Source: Owenia fusiformis (lineage: Eukaryota). From it: a stretch of 64,000 nt of DNA. Location of the stretch: the NCBI GenBank assembly GCA_903813345.2, contig CAIIXF020000001.1, positions 41,974,001-42,038,000 of the forward strand. The letters run 5' to 3'. A program made the translations under genes and the position numbers. Below, piece after piece: positions 1 through 13,696 of this stretch. Every line of letters begins with the position of its first letter. Position 1 is the stretch's first letter. The notes below the pieces were generated by a model. It was not told the DNA's origin and searched no databases. It saw only the letters and a list, made by a program, of their open reading frames with translations.

Positions 1-256
1 TGAAATTACATCATGGGTCTGATAATAACGCCTGAAATATAACATCTAGCAGACGCTTCTTATGGAAAGCGCGTAATGGACACCATGCATTCATTTAGGC
101 TAACTGCATTTTGATGAATGCACTTATTTGCTAAAGATGATGAAACGCCGCCAAAGCAATGCATCAAAGTATACGGTATTTTTTATTAGAGGGAGATCTC
201 AAATAGAGGAGTTTCTAAATGATTTTGAAATCTCGCTAATTCTCGTTTTTTCATGA

Positions 257-655
257 GATTTTAAGAGATTTGCACATTTTACCTCTAATGACTTGCTTTT
301 CTTTCTTTTTTAATAGCATATTTGAATTCAGTGATATGTTTCCTACAATAATAGCTTTGACTTACACATTTATGTCATTTAAATCATTCTCCATGACATT
401 TAAAAAAAACTCCATTGATGTTATGCTACAATTCTTTAAAACCATGGTTTAATCGTATGACAACCAACATTTTCATGTTTAATCACAATATGTTCATTGA
501 CAGGGTCATTTAATAGTTTGCCATTCAAATTTCAGACAGACTTAACTAACACTCTTTGATAAATCATGAAATCAAGTGACTATTGCAAGCTTTTAGCATA
601 GGACTCAATGGAAGGTTGGCCCAAGGTGAACAAAGGTGACATCTATTATGTCAGC
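257..655. repeat. Dispersed repeat, copy 1 (direct copy at 17552-17972)
   Basis: Shares gattttaagag..., ttctttaaaacc, gacagggtcat, ttcagacaga and gtgacatctattatgtcag in the same order with 17552-17972; family not identified. Confidence 0.7.
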
Positions 656-1099
656 TTTATTCAGCTTTATTTAGCTATTTAGAAACTATACTATTCTTAC
701 CAATTTTTACCGCGGTTTGGACTTTTGGCTATTATCACTCAGCCCCCACTCCATCCACGAGACGGGTCAACTTGTTTTTTTATCAAAATGTATTTTATCT
801 CCATGGCTTTTGCAATAAAGTGGTGAAATGTCTCTTGCAATTTCCTTTTTAATAAATAATACAAAGGTTTCAATGGGTATAATCACTATTACAGAGATTC
901 TTTTCCTTTATCGCCAACATGATCTCGGTGATTACCTATGGCAGATATGGGAAATCCAGACAAAGAATATATCACTTACTTATTAATGAGTTTTAATTGG
1001 AATGGTATATCATACAGTTCTTAATGCTTCTTGTGACAACACAACTAATTGATGGCATTGAATATAGTCCAGTTATTGTAATTATCCCACCGAACGAAG

Positions 1100-1846
1100 T
1101 AGAGATGGATAAATAGTGGGCCCAGAATACTGCATGGTATAATAAGAAAACTATTAATATTTATGTAAGGGAGGGGGGGGAAATATCGCAACAGATTTCG
1201 GACAGTCATATGTTGGATTTTAGCTATTAGACTGTTAGACCAATGCATTACCTCTAGGAAAAGCACTCCTAGAGATGATAGAATAATTTCGACTTTGAGA
1301 CAGGGAAGATGCAAACAACTCACCCACATGTTTCTTCTGAAATGTTTTCCTGATTTTCAACCCATTCCACCCCTGCTTTTTAATCTTTCATGCATCAATA
1401 TGTTGTGTTTTGATATACAGTCAACCCCAAAAAGGAATAAGTGATTCCTTCGTGGGTTTTAAAGATATCCATTATGGGTGACCAAAATTAGCTGAAAGCA
1501 ATGGATCGCATGAGTTTTCTCTATGGGAAAATAACAAGGGAATCACTTATTCCTTAAAAAGAAAAGCAGGGTGGAAGGGGTTAAAAACCAGACAAACATG
1601 TGGATAGGTTGTTTGCATCTTCCCTGTCTCAAAGTCGACATTATTTTATCATCTCTATAGGAGTGATTTTCCTAGAGGTAATGCATTGGTCTAACATATG
1701 CACCTGTTTAAATCCTCAGAAAATAGCCAAAATCCAACATATGACTCTCCGAAATCTGTTGCGATATTTCCCCCCTCCTTTACATATTAATCGTTTTCTT
1801 AATATACCATGTAGTATTCTGGGCCCACTATTTATCCATCTCTCTA
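1100..1846. mobile_element. Palindromic (foldback) MITE
   Basis: agagatggataaatagtgggcccagaatac at 1101 is inverted to gtattctgggcccactatttatccatctct at ~1812-1844; the arms pair for ~350 bp and give mirror-image ORFs in the track. Confidence 0.8.
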
Positions 1847-2492
1847 TAGCAAATGGTTAACGGTGCGTCAAATATTTCAGCCCATCGGGATATTATCACA
1901 GGATTGATATCATTTAGTATTGTATGTCTACCGATTCAATTATTTATGTATTGAAACCCCATCGACTGCATATTTAACAAACTTATGTCCAGTTAATCGT
2001 ATCGCATTTTCAGTCAGTTCTAAAAACGTTTTATCTGTTTTTTCTGCCATCGAAATTAATGATCGTTATCTAAAATTGAATTCTTAATATGGTAAATTAA
2101 GTTGGCATCTGAATAAAAGTCGCCACCTCAATAATCGAATAATGTGATGGACATTATTTATGAAACAATATATTCTCAGATTCCAATGGAATTTGAATAA
2201 ACTGGTTTCGGAGAGCATGTAGCACGGTTTATAGTATCGTTCTGTTTCACCCTTCCTCTTTCATGGTAAAACGTTATTTTCTATTTCTCAAAGAATTCAG
2301 TTATTCATAGTTTCAGCTCCTTTTTCACTGATTACAAACTAATGCAAATAATAGTGGTAGCAAAACTACTAAATGTATGCTCGAAATTCATAAGGTTCAA
2401 CAACACCTTAAAGTTAGATTGGTATCGGTGTGGCTATGAACGTTTTTTAAATGTGACCTTGAGTTTTCGATTACTATTTTGTTTACATATAT

Positions 2493-3899
2493 CACGCCCG
2501 GTGATCGTGAATATGGGACGGAGGGGGGGGGGGGGGGAGCAGGCAATTTCTGCTAGGAAATTCAACAAATCTGGAAGATTTATTTTTTCAAGAAAAAGTT
2601 TACTATTGAATTGCTAAATGGATAGGCGCACGGTATGGTAGAATATGTTAGGTTTTCTGGGATTTTTTCTGAAACAATACGCATCTAAGGTATGAGATCT
2701 ATTAAAAAAGGCGCAAGGCCATCAACAGGCACAAATCAACGTTTTTGCTATAAATCAAGCAACAATGGACTACTTGTAAGTGATGTTATCATAACTAAAT
2801 TAATGTCATTGCTGAATTTATAAAATAAGTTTCCATATGTGAAATAAAAAATAATCGAAAATAATGAATTTGGGACGGAGGGGGGGGGGGGGGGGGGAGG
2901 GGACGGAGGGGGGGGGGGGGGAGCAATATGTATATAAGACATGATTAGAGATATTTCGCGACTTTAAGTCCTTTTACTCCAAATGTCCCCATTTTTCAGT
3001 CTCCAGGGGTATATCATCCAGTTTCTTACTAAGTTAATGAGTTCATTTTTCGTGTGAAGTTGTTTCACTTTATAGAATTATTACTCCCCCCCCTCCGTCC
3101 CCTCCCCTCCTCCGTCCCATTTTAATTATTTTCGATTATTTTTTATTTTACGTATGGAAACTTATTTTATAAATTCAGCAATGACATTAATTTAGTTATG
3201 ATAACATCACTTACAAGTATTTATTACAGGTCGTGTAGTCCATTGTTGCTTGATTTATAGCAAAAACGTTGATTTGTGCCCGTTGATGGCCTTGCGCCTT
3301 TTTTTAATAGATCTCATACCTTAGATGCGTATCGTTTCAGAAAAAATCCCAGAAAACCTAACATATTCTACCATACCGTGCGCCTATCCATTTAGCAATT
3401 CAATAGTAAACTTTTTCTTGAAAAAATAAATCTTCCAGATTTGTTGAATTTCCTAGCAGAAATTGCCAAAATGGAAATTTTTTGCAAGGGTTATATAGTA
3501 TGGTAATTACATAGAGATGTGTGATGGCTTGATAGCATATACTTTGATCAGCATTAGTCAAGTTCTGAAATCACTTTATCCCGCAGCAAATTTTTTTACC
3601 CAGCGCCGGGACATGTCAGTTCTCAATCAATTATATCCCGACGTTTGCAAAAAAAAAATTACGGGACAGTGAGTTTGAGAAACTGACTGTCCCGAGGCTC
3701 AGTGCTACAAAGTGCTCATACGGGATAAAGGTGTTTGCAATTGCGACTATCCCGCGAGCCCTATAAAATTACGTGACAGTGTATCTGTGATTCATTATAT
3801 CCCGCTCTGTGAAAAACATTTGTCGGGCTCGGGACTAATAATCAGATCTGAAATTGCCTGCTCCCCCCCTCCGTCCCATATTCACGATCACCGGGCGTG
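2493..3899. mobile_element. Non-autonomous DNA transposon with CAC termini and 5-bp TSD (Transib/CMC-like)
   Basis: TIR CACGCCCGGTGATCGTGAATATGGGACGGAGGGGGGG...GAGCAGGCAATTTC at both ends; TATAT on both flanks (2488-2492, 3900-3904). Confidence 0.8.
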
Positions 3900-5389
3900 T
3901 ATATTACAGTCGATATGTAACTCCCAAAACTTTACGATATTGTACCCGATATATTTTTGGAGCATCTTTTGCAATACATCAAGGCACGAATCTACATGTG
4001 AAGAAATATTTCAATTGTCACGCCCTGTTTCTCACGGTTATTAATCATCCATTACAATCTATCATACCTTACCTTTAGTATCAATTTCTGATTAAATAGG
4101 TTTGATCGAAACTAATTGCATGAGGGTTGCAAATAGTAAAATTGATTTATTTTGGAATGCCTGACAAAGGCTGTTAATAGTTAATATTGTTATACATTAG
4201 ATAGGTTAAATACGACGAATAAATAGACTCAAATAATGTTTTAAATCGCCCAATATAAGGCTCCAAGATAAGACACGGATCAATAGGGAAAGTGGTTTTT
4301 CAATTCTTTTTGAGGGAAGTGAACGTCGGGTATTTCATCCCATTCTAGTTAATGACATTTGTATCAGATTTCCTTTTTGATTGATACTAAAAACTGTTCA
4401 GGTCTAATGATTCCATTAACTTTCCATTGAAACTGAAATCCACGATATTGTGTATCATAGGCTTAATATTCGTTTCCATCATTTGAAGTTTATATCGTCA
4501 AAAAACTTCCTACTTCATTTTTTGAGTATTCATTGATTCATTTGCCACTTTGATTGTATAATCAAAATAAATGCACCCTCTAACAAATCACATTCAAAGA
4601 CTTATTTTGGAAGACCAAGCTGACATTTCATTCATCACTCTTTATTATTGTGAAAGGAATCAATCGAGTTGAAGCGCATCAATTGAGTTTGAATCTGGAG
4701 GGAGGTTTAGACGAATACAAAATGATTTAAATTAGGATTCGAGAAGGAATTTTTAGAAATGTTTAGCCCCTTCCACTCACATTTTTTCTAAAGGATTCGA
4801 GGATGCTCACTTTACAATAAAAATGAATATATGCAAATGTAAAGACATGGTATACGATGCCTTCTTACTGATATCAAATACTAATTGTTCCCCTGTACGA
4901 TACATGATTTCTTGCCTTTTGACATTTTCCAAAGCAAAACCTAATCACTGTTCCACAACTAGTTACTTTGACGGAACGTCAATGTAACAAAATGGATGAA
5001 CTTCCTGGTTCCGAGTTTTTTGTTTTCTCGATTTAAACCAAAGTCAAGTTGCAGATTATAATTTGGCACAAAGCTAAAAATTATAGTATAGTTTTAATAA
5101 GTTTCTTCGATTTGGAATTTGTTGTGTAAATGAAGTTGCAATCCATATACTATTTAGCCTCTTTCTTTTGTTACATTGACGGAAGTCCGTTATATTACAA
5201 ATGTATGTTACTTTAACGACATGCGTCAATGTAACAAAAGCGATGGTCTAAATGCATAAATTACAGCTTTATTTAAAAATCAAATTCCATAGTAATGTTA
5301 AACTGTATCAAAATTCGATTTGATTTGTTCATTTTACAAAAAAGGTATATTTCTAATACATATCATTGTACTTATCAAGATTGCATAAT

Positions 5390-5765
5390 TATGTTATGTT
5401 CATTTGATAACCCACAGCATTGTATGTAGTAAGCTTTAGTCTTTATCAAGATTTGATATGTTATGTTCATTTGATAACACAGCTTAGGAAACACAGCATT
5501 GTGCTTAGTAAGATTCGATACGTAATGTTTATTTGATAACCCACAGCATTGTATTTAGTAAGCTTTAGTCTTTATCAAGATTTGATATGTTATGTTCATT
5601 TGATAACACAGCTTAGGAAACACAGCATTGTGCTAAGTAAGATTCGATACGTAATGTTTATTTGATAACACACAGCATTGTATTTAGTAAGCTTTAGTCT
5701 TTATCAAGATTCGATATGTTATGTTCATTATGTTATGTTCATTCACACAACATTGTGTTTAGTCT
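5390..5765. repeat. Tandem repeat, 129-bp unit built from 67+62-bp subunits
   Basis: atttgataac recurs at 5402, 5469, 5531, 5598 and 5660. Confidence 0.85.
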
Positions 5766-6351
5766 ACTCTGGCCTTCATATTCTACCAGAAAGTTGTATT
5801 CTAATCGTTTTCCTCGGATTGCAGTGTTTTCTTAAAAACTTTTTAGCACGAATAAAGGGTTCATTTATGAGTATCAAAAACATCTACTGACTTTACTTGA
5901 TATTACAATATGAAAATTTGACACTCGAAAGTATCTTATTATTTAGAACATTATCCATAAAAATGTTAAAGATGGGCTTGGTCAATTTTATTATTCTGCA
6001 ATCATGATGATCCAGTACCCAGAGACATTCCATCCATACTGGAATCATTACAATAAATGTTGAAGAATGATAATCGATAGTCTCAAATGATGTGGGACAG
6101 ATAAAAGCCAGTCTCGAAGGTCATAGCGTATCAAAGGGTCGACATCCATTCACAAATCAATCACATCGATCACACTCAATGCAAAAGTCAAAGAAATGCA
6201 TAATATCATACCACATGAACGCGTTGCCTTCTCGAACGGATGATGTAAAATCTCGCATCAACCTCTAAACAACATTTGTTTCTGGAAACGTTAGATAGTT
6301 AACGAAACCTCGCGAGAAGGATTCATTAAACGAAGTTGAATTACATGAACC

Positions 6352-7407
6352 AGTTCAATAAGTAAAGCTAATTTTGCTCTCAAACTTTTATTTCTTGTCA
6401 TTCATCGTTTTAATTTTGAGAGAAGAAGCATTTGACATTTTTCTAACTACCCTGAAAAAGGTATTCAGATATAATAAATAACAGCTAAAAAGTGGTTGCC
6501 ATAGTAACGCGAATACAGTTTCTGCGGAGCAATTTTGACAGCATAGTAGATTTTGTTAACATTAGTTTCTGTTCTGTCTATGTTTTGATCATAGTAGCTG
6601 CTAAACATTTCTTCCATCAAGTTAACATTCCATTCCATGTTCAAAATAGTGTCCAATAGCTTTCACACTTAACTGGTGTTGTTCTACTCACTTCTGGTAG
6701 ATTCTGTGGAACCCATCTGGGAAATTTATTGGCACCATGGCATTTATCAAAGCGATTCGCAAGAAGAGGCTCCATAGGACTTTCAATTTCTACATATTCC
6801 ATCAAGATAATGCCCCATTGCATAGGTTGCAAATGGTGCAGGATACTATCCAGAAACGCCCGATGTTCAAAGCTAGTCAGCATATTCTTCTGAGAAGGCA
6901 CCATATATTTCCATGTTTGAAAAATGATCTGCGTGTTAAGATCCACTCAAATATCCACGAGCTTTAGAATGCAGTTCAAGGTTCGCTGACAAAGATAACT
7001 TTCCAGATAGGAACAACAGAATACCAGAAGTGGGTAGAACGACATTAGCTATGTGTGAAAGCTAAGGGAAACTATTTTTAACATTAAATGGAATACTATT
7101 ACCTTGATGGTAGAAATGTCAAGCAGCCACAGAACTATGATCAAAACATAGACAGAACAGAAACTGACGTTAACAAAATCTAATAAGTTGGGAATTATCA
7201 AAATTACCCCGCAGAACCAGTATTCGCGTTACTATGACAACCACTATTTTGCTGTAATCTTTTCGGGGTGGTTAGGAGAATGTCAAATGCTTCTTCTCCG
7301 AAAATTTGAATGGTATATGACAACATGGGCTTTCAACTCTAATTGAAAGCCCATGATGACAAGAAATAAAGGTTTTAGAGCAAAATAAGCTTTACTTACT
7401 AAACTGT
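6352..7407. mobile_element. Mariner-derived foldback element (two inverted copies of a mariner 3' end)
   Basis: Arms ~6352-6725 and ~6995-7407 are diverged inverted copies (e.g. ctgttctgtctatgttttgatcatagt vs actatgatcaaaacatagacagaacag). Confidence 0.7.
6737..7087 (+). pseudogene. Mariner transposase C-terminal remnant
   Basis: Translates to IRKKR...IFHQDNAPLH...HIFPCLKNDLR...EL*NAVQ...YQKWVERH*LCVKAKGNYF, the mariner HxDNA and C-terminal CV-x3-GxYF motifs. It has internal stops and lacks the YSPDL block. Confidence 0.8.
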
Positions 7408-8214
7408 AAAAGGGGTGTACATGTAAAGGAGGGAGTACAGATAAATCTAAACTTGAAATAGTGTAGGAAATATGGGTTGGACTGATACTTATTATCGTAT
7501 TATCGTACAAAAACAATCGGGAAATAGGAAAAGGAGGGGAGATATCATCATTTGAATATGCTATATTTTTCAAAGGAAATGGAGGTGGATCTGTTGATTA
7601 AGAGTCCTTGACAACAATGAGAAAGTTAACTAATGCAGTAGAATGATTTGATATACATCAACATGCAATTTGGAAATTGCAAGAATTAAATACAAAATCA
7701 AGCAGAACTTGTGGCAAAGGCCAATGAAAGGGATGAACAAAGATGTTACCAGGAAATATTTTTCAGACATTTGAATATCTAAATTATTATGCGTCAAGTA
7801 GTTTGGGGGCATATCATTGCAGTATGACGATAACAATCCGATAATTGTGATTATTTCCCCTGACCCTTGCCAGCTGCGTTTGCTGTCACAAACATTGCGG
7901 AGACAGAATCAGTTGAAATATCAACATAAATTACTAATGAAACAGATTTATTACTAGTTTTTCGTTTTGAAAGAATGCTTCAAAGATAACCACTAGAACA
8001 ATACAATTAAAGTACAATTATCAGCTTGTTCCAGCTTATGACCAAATCGTATCTTTTGTTCTTCAAAGATCAACCCAGTACATTGTGCCACCTCGTGGTC
8101 AAGATGTCATTTATATAGCTCCAAGACCGAAATGGGATTAACTTATTTTTAATTGAAAAAATTCTAACAATTTTGTTTAAAAAATCGCATACCATGACAT
8201 CATGAAGGAGGACG

Positions 8215-8833
8215 GAAAGTATCGCAACAGATTTCGGACAGTCATATGTATTTTTTTGCTATTTTCTGAGGAAAAGCACTGATAGAGATAATAAAATAAT
8301 CTCGACTTTGAGCTAGGGAAGATGCAAACAACCCACCCACATGTTCTGAAATGTTGTCCGGATTTTCAACCCCTTCCACCCCTGATTTTTCAATTTTTGT
8401 TACATCAATATGTTGCGTTTTGAGACACAGTTAACCCCTTTAAGGAATAAGTAATTACTTTAAGATAAAGTGGAAAACAATATTTCCCATGTTATTCTCC
8501 CATATGGAAAACTCATGCGATCCATTGCTTTCAGCTTAATTTTGGTCACCCATAGTGGATATCTTTAAAACCCCTGAATTCCTTTAAAGGGGTTAACTGT
8601 GTGTCAAAACGCAACATATTGGTGCAACAAAAATTTAAAAAGCAGGGGTGGAAGGGGCTGAAACCAGGACAATATTTTGGAAAAAACATGTGGGTGGTTT
8701 TTTGCATTTTCCCTATATAAAATTCAAAATCATTTTATCATATCTATGAGTTCTTTTCGTGGAGGTAATGCATTGGCCTAACATATGCACATGTTTAAAT
8801 CCTCAGAAAATAGCCAAAATTCAACATATGACT
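8215..8833. mobile_element. Second, end-truncated copy of the 1100-1846 palindromic MITE family
   Basis: atcgcaacagatttcggacagtcatatg, gggaagatgcaaacaac and gaggtaatgcattgg...aaatagccaaaat match 1185-1745; internally palindromic. Confidence 0.8.
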
Positions 8834-10167
8834 GGAATTCGATTTTAAACAAAATGATGTACGATTCATAAAATATGAATGGCTGTTGATGACTCCATGA
8901 TTGTTTTCGTATCATGAGGCAGTAACAGTCGAAAACAAGATTTTGCTATATTTTTTAGCTTATTATAATATCGCAATGTTTAATCAACACTTTTAGGCCT
9001 TTACATAAAGAATAAGTATTGGAGTTAAGTTTTACTGGTTGTAAGTCATTTATTACCTCTAAAATAATCATGGGATCTATTTTTATGCATTGCAGTTCGT
9101 TATAAAGTTAGATTGTTAGATAAATTGATATTTGCTTCAAACATGGTTTGCAAAGAAACTCGTCATTACTCATGATATGGAATAAATTTCCATTTTTTCC
9201 TTTTCTGATGCCTATAATTGATTTGTGTGCCCTTTAAAATGTAAGTTAAGTTATATAAGTACAACCTCATTATTGCCCATCTCGTGATAATTTTAGCCCC
9301 AAATAGGTATTATCTCCAAAATGTCTTGAAAATTAGTAAATATTTAACTATTTGATACAGATTTCATTACATCATTTAGGCTATATTACAAATACTTATC
9401 AAACTGGTAAAATAACTCAATTATATTGCATTTGTAAATCAATTTTCTTTCATTTGATATATAAATCAACAATTTTGACCCTTTATAAGTAGAATTATAT
9501 CCCCAAACCTAACATAGGATGATATCCGTCTGGTCAGTTCTAAGTAGCATTCTGTATTCAGCGGTAAATCATGATTTTGACCCCATGGTTATCGAAATAA
9601 TAATTTAAGACAAATACATATTTATATGGAAATCATCTTGTTGGAAAATTGAATTGTTTTAAAATGATATTAAGTTTGAATAATTGTCTGTAATATCAAC
9701 AACGTTGAAGCAAAACAAAAACGTGGACGCTTTTTGGCCCACCCTGTATATGAACAAGTAGCAGAATCAAAGGTAAAACCTCAAACATCATCAAAGTGGA
9801 ACACCCAATGATGTAATTAAGGACTTCTTTATTTATGCCTTTCCAAGTTAATGCTCCCCCTAATGACTAGATAGTCAGACAAACAAATTTGATTAGATGT
9901 TGTTTACTGATGTTACACATTTATCAATCGTCTAATTCCATCTTATTACGTTGTGACATAATGTAACACTGGGGCACCTTGACTTATTTTCAAGTTTTGT
10001 AATCACAACACACCTTATTCGTTGGATCTGTCGGTACTAACAAGTTTTTATGATTTTATTTGGTCATTATTTAGGTAAAAAGAGATACAGGGATAGGGGT
10101 ATTAAATCAAGCCTAAGATTGACACATGTTATCAATCATTGAGATAGGCCTGTATACAGGAATTCCT

Positions 10168-10328
10168 TTTACTAATTTTCATGATTATAATTACTGATTA
10201 TAAAGTTGGTAATATTTTCACATTTTATGGGAACAAATACACATTATGGTAGAATACACATACAAATGTGAAAAATATCACCCCTTTCATTGATTATGAG
10301 TAATTATGATCATGAAAATTAGTAAAAT
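10168..10328. repeat. Short inverted-repeat (MITE-like) element
   Basis: ttttactaattttcatgattataattact is inverted to agtaattatgatcatgaaaattagtaaaa. Confidence 0.55.
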
Positions 10329-10353
10329 AAATCTAGTCATACGAACTTCCTTA

Positions 10354-10493
10354 TGCCTTGGTCACATTTGCTCCGATTCATCGGCCGGCGCCCGGCCGAT
10401 TGAGTATCCTGTTCACAATTGTATTCAGTTTTGAACAGAATACTCAATCGGCCGGGCGCCGGCCGATGAATCGGAGCAAATGTGACCCAGGCA
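10354..10493. mobile_element. 140-bp PIF/Harbinger (Tourist-like) MITE
   Basis: Near-perfect palindrome TGCCTTGGTCACAT...ATGTGACCCAGGCA with TTA on both flanks; second copy at 19667. Confidence 0.9.
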
Positions 10494-12833
10494 TTACTAG
10501 AAACAGACCACTAGAAACATATAAATTACTACGTTTAATTTCAGCAACGGCTTATATTTCTTTTTGAGTTATTCGAGCGAATCGTCCAATTTATAATGGA
10601 CTGAATAATTCTAAGAAATCAGTCAAATAATGACATTTGATTTGTGAATCACGATCGATTGTAGAGAACATATTAACGGATATATCGTATCTTTGCCGAA
10701 TGCAAATTTCAGGGAGCCTTTGTAAGCTGATGAGTGACAAAAATGACAAAGATCAGTTTACCTGATGTGTATAATATTGCATCAGTTGACAATAAATAAC
10801 CATGGTAATATTTATAAAATACATGTACACTGCATGGGGTCCTAAAATTACGTCATTATAGTATATAGCCAACTACAAACCAAAGTTTTGTTCCTTTTAC
10901 TTTTGCCTATCTAAGAGCGCATGTACCCAGAACACTACAGCCTCATAAAGTCTCTTTACACAGATTTTGTAATTGTAATCATAAAGATACTTTACGGACA
11001 CCCTGTATAATCATGAATAGTGCGATGTACTGCTTCAACAGACACGAAAACCTCATCTTATAATTCACTTTTCAGCGATAGAAAAGTGACGCCAGCGTTA
11101 CCAATATCTCTTTAAATCGAAATTTATGAGCCCTTACAGATCCAAAATCAAGCCTAAGGAATTCAGATTGATATTCTAATAAAACTATTGGTTAGAAATC
11201 AACTCAAATTGTTAAATGATTATGAAGCAGGATATGTCGAGAGTTCATTAAAGGTTATATATATGGCCAACTTGACTAGCAACTACAGAGTGAGCCAAAT
11301 AATGTAATCCAAATAAAAAGCTTAATAGCTCAGTCATCCAGAATGGGGTTTGAGTCATATTCGGCACAACCGAACTGTGTTCAATGTTCCTTCATTCTAG
11401 TAAGTTTCATTGGTATATTCCAAATGGTCACGATCCCATGGATTTTGCAAAACATGCTCCAAATGCCAACATCTCCCAGTATGAACCCCCAGAGATTTAT
11501 CATTGGGGGTATTTCAAATAATATGTACACAACCTAGAAGGAAAATGAGAGCCATTACATAAGATTTAATTTTATTTCATGTAATATAATTCCTTAAAAT
11601 TGTTTTTTTTTTCAAAATGTTTCATGAAAAAGGTCAGTTTTAAAGATTTTGCTGAACAAAATGACCTCAAAATACAAAAAAATTCAAGGAAGCTAGAATA
11701 AGATATGGTTAATGGGAATGATAATGAGTTTTACGTACTATATATGTATTTAATATTATATTATATCATATTATATCATATAAGCACTTAGCAGTCATTG
11801 ACTCATCTGAAGTTTAGACAGCTTAATTGAGATTTAGAACATGTTAATAACGAGCATTTGTCATCTTCGTAAGTTGTAGGGACTCTTCGACATGGTCATG
11901 ATGACCTTCAATCTTATGGATTTTGCCAGACCAGTTGGAATTCAATGCTGAACACTTGTAATACTAGCACAATGTACACTGAAGCCCCCATCCGCGAAGG
12001 ACGTCCGCGTCTGTAATATATAGATCTTAGGGGAACATTCTGGCTTAATATTTCATATTTGTCCTCAGTTATGTCCATTAAAGATTCTAATCCTGAAATT
12101 ATGGCAGGCAATGGTAGGCGTAAATATATTTTTTATTCAGTAAGTCGGTTATTAATGGGCATCAAATACTTCCATATCAAATTGCTGAAAATGTATGGGA
12201 AATAAGAACTCTCAATAAACCTGATTTATTCTTAAATACCCAAGTCAGACAGGAATCAAGTCATACGCTCACGACCCTAACAAATCACAATTCTGTACTG
12301 TCGTCAATGTTCTTCCAAACCACTCTGATCAAATCTTTCTACCTATTTGTGAAAGGCCTTTCTTTCATTTTCAACATTTATTATAAGGTGAAATATATAT
12401 TTTCCAAAGTGAATCCCACTAAACAGACGAATGTCTGTGGGGGCCTAGAACGGATAGGCCTACGTGTGTTTAAAGTATGATCTCCAAGGGACAGTCTTGT
12501 TCGATTTATAGGTTGTCAGGCTATGCTCCGACTAATGACCCAAGACAACCAATTAACAACAAAATTTATGTTGTTTACTGATATAATATATTTGTCACTC
12601 AAATAATTCTATCTTCTCACTGGGTGTGAGATTGTCAGGCGTTCATCAGGCCTTTGTCCTTACCTGTCAGAGCTCGTGTTTGTGCCATGTCATAAAGAAC
12701 AAAGGGAAAAGGAACTCTTACATATGAGACTGTCGTTGCCCTTAAGTGTATGACCAAGAAAAGTAATACCGATGCAATGTATCTTTTGGTTATTGCATCT
12801 AATCGAACACTGACCATTGCTCTAATAAGATTA

Positions 12834-13696
12834 CAAGGTGGGCCAAAATCGTCCACATTTTATTTTGATTTCAATAATATTTTCAGAGATAACACAACCA
12901 TCAATTATATATTATATCAACAAGGCATTAACATGACAAAATGTCACCACCTAGACAGTGCTCACAATATTATTAGTCCAGCCTTAGTCAGATTTGAACT
13001 TCCGAGAACTCATAGATGGTTTTGAAAAAACAAATTGGTCAATTTAAAGCAAGTTGAAAAAATACCTTTTTGACCTTTTTAGCTTGAGAAGGTCAGTGAA
13101 GGTTAAGTCTTAATTCTAAGAATCAGACTTGAATTTCTGAGATCTTGTAGATGATTTTGAAAATAAATTTGATCTAATTGAAATAAGTTGAAAGTATACA
13201 TATTTTTTATACCTTTTTGACCTAAAGAGGGTCATTGGAGGTCAGTTTTGGAATTCTGAGTACTTTGATTTTGAAAAAAGCAATATCTCAAGGTAATATT
13301 TGACGTTACAAGCAAGTTTACAGTGATTTTTGTAATGCCCCACGTAAAATGGATGGACGTTCTAAACAAATTGGGTATGGTGCTTGCACTATAGATCATA
13401 TTTTTGTTGAAAAACATTAGGAATGTATTGGTACCAATAACGAAGATGGGATGGACTGGTTCAACATCAAGTAAAATTTGATTGAATTAATGATTTATTG
13501 GCCAGGCAGATACTGGGTCCCGGAGAATGTATATAATATCTGGGTATTTTTTGTTACACAGATTTATTTTCCTGATCAACATGATACTGGATTGGTTTTT
13601 CTTCTTACTTACTTACTTTATCTTTCGATACTTCTTATACTTTTTGACTAGAAATAAGTATATCAGACGTATATGGACGTTTTTTGGCCCATCCTG
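12834..13696. mobile_element. Tc1/mariner-type non-autonomous element
   Basis: TA|caaggtgggccaaaatcgtcca pairs with tggacgttttttggcccatcctg|TA; a solo end of the same family lies at ~9722-9748. Confidence 0.6.

Noticed and set aside
1045..1860. Pair of similar ORFs on opposite strands
   Set aside because: They are mirror translations of MITE arms; the same applies to 31277-31651 and 35703-36259.
2748..2942. Poly-proline ORF
   Set aside because: It translates G homopolymer runs inside a transposon.
6641..6730. RWVPQNL in the minus-strand ORF looks like the mariner WVPHEL motif
   Set aside because: The DNA is an inverted copy of the transposase C-terminus; the motif is an off-frame coincidence.
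7430..7840. Possible CR1 ORF2 linker remnant on the minus strand (ISISPTHISYTISSLDLS)
   Set aside because: Weak resemblance only; no catalytic motif.
11900..12400. Possible Tx1 LINE C-terminal fragments
   Set aside because: Candidate motifs are weak and in the wrong order.
13360..13420. KQIGYGACTIDHIFV resembling a LINE RT motif
   Set aside because: Too short, with no supporting motifs nearby.
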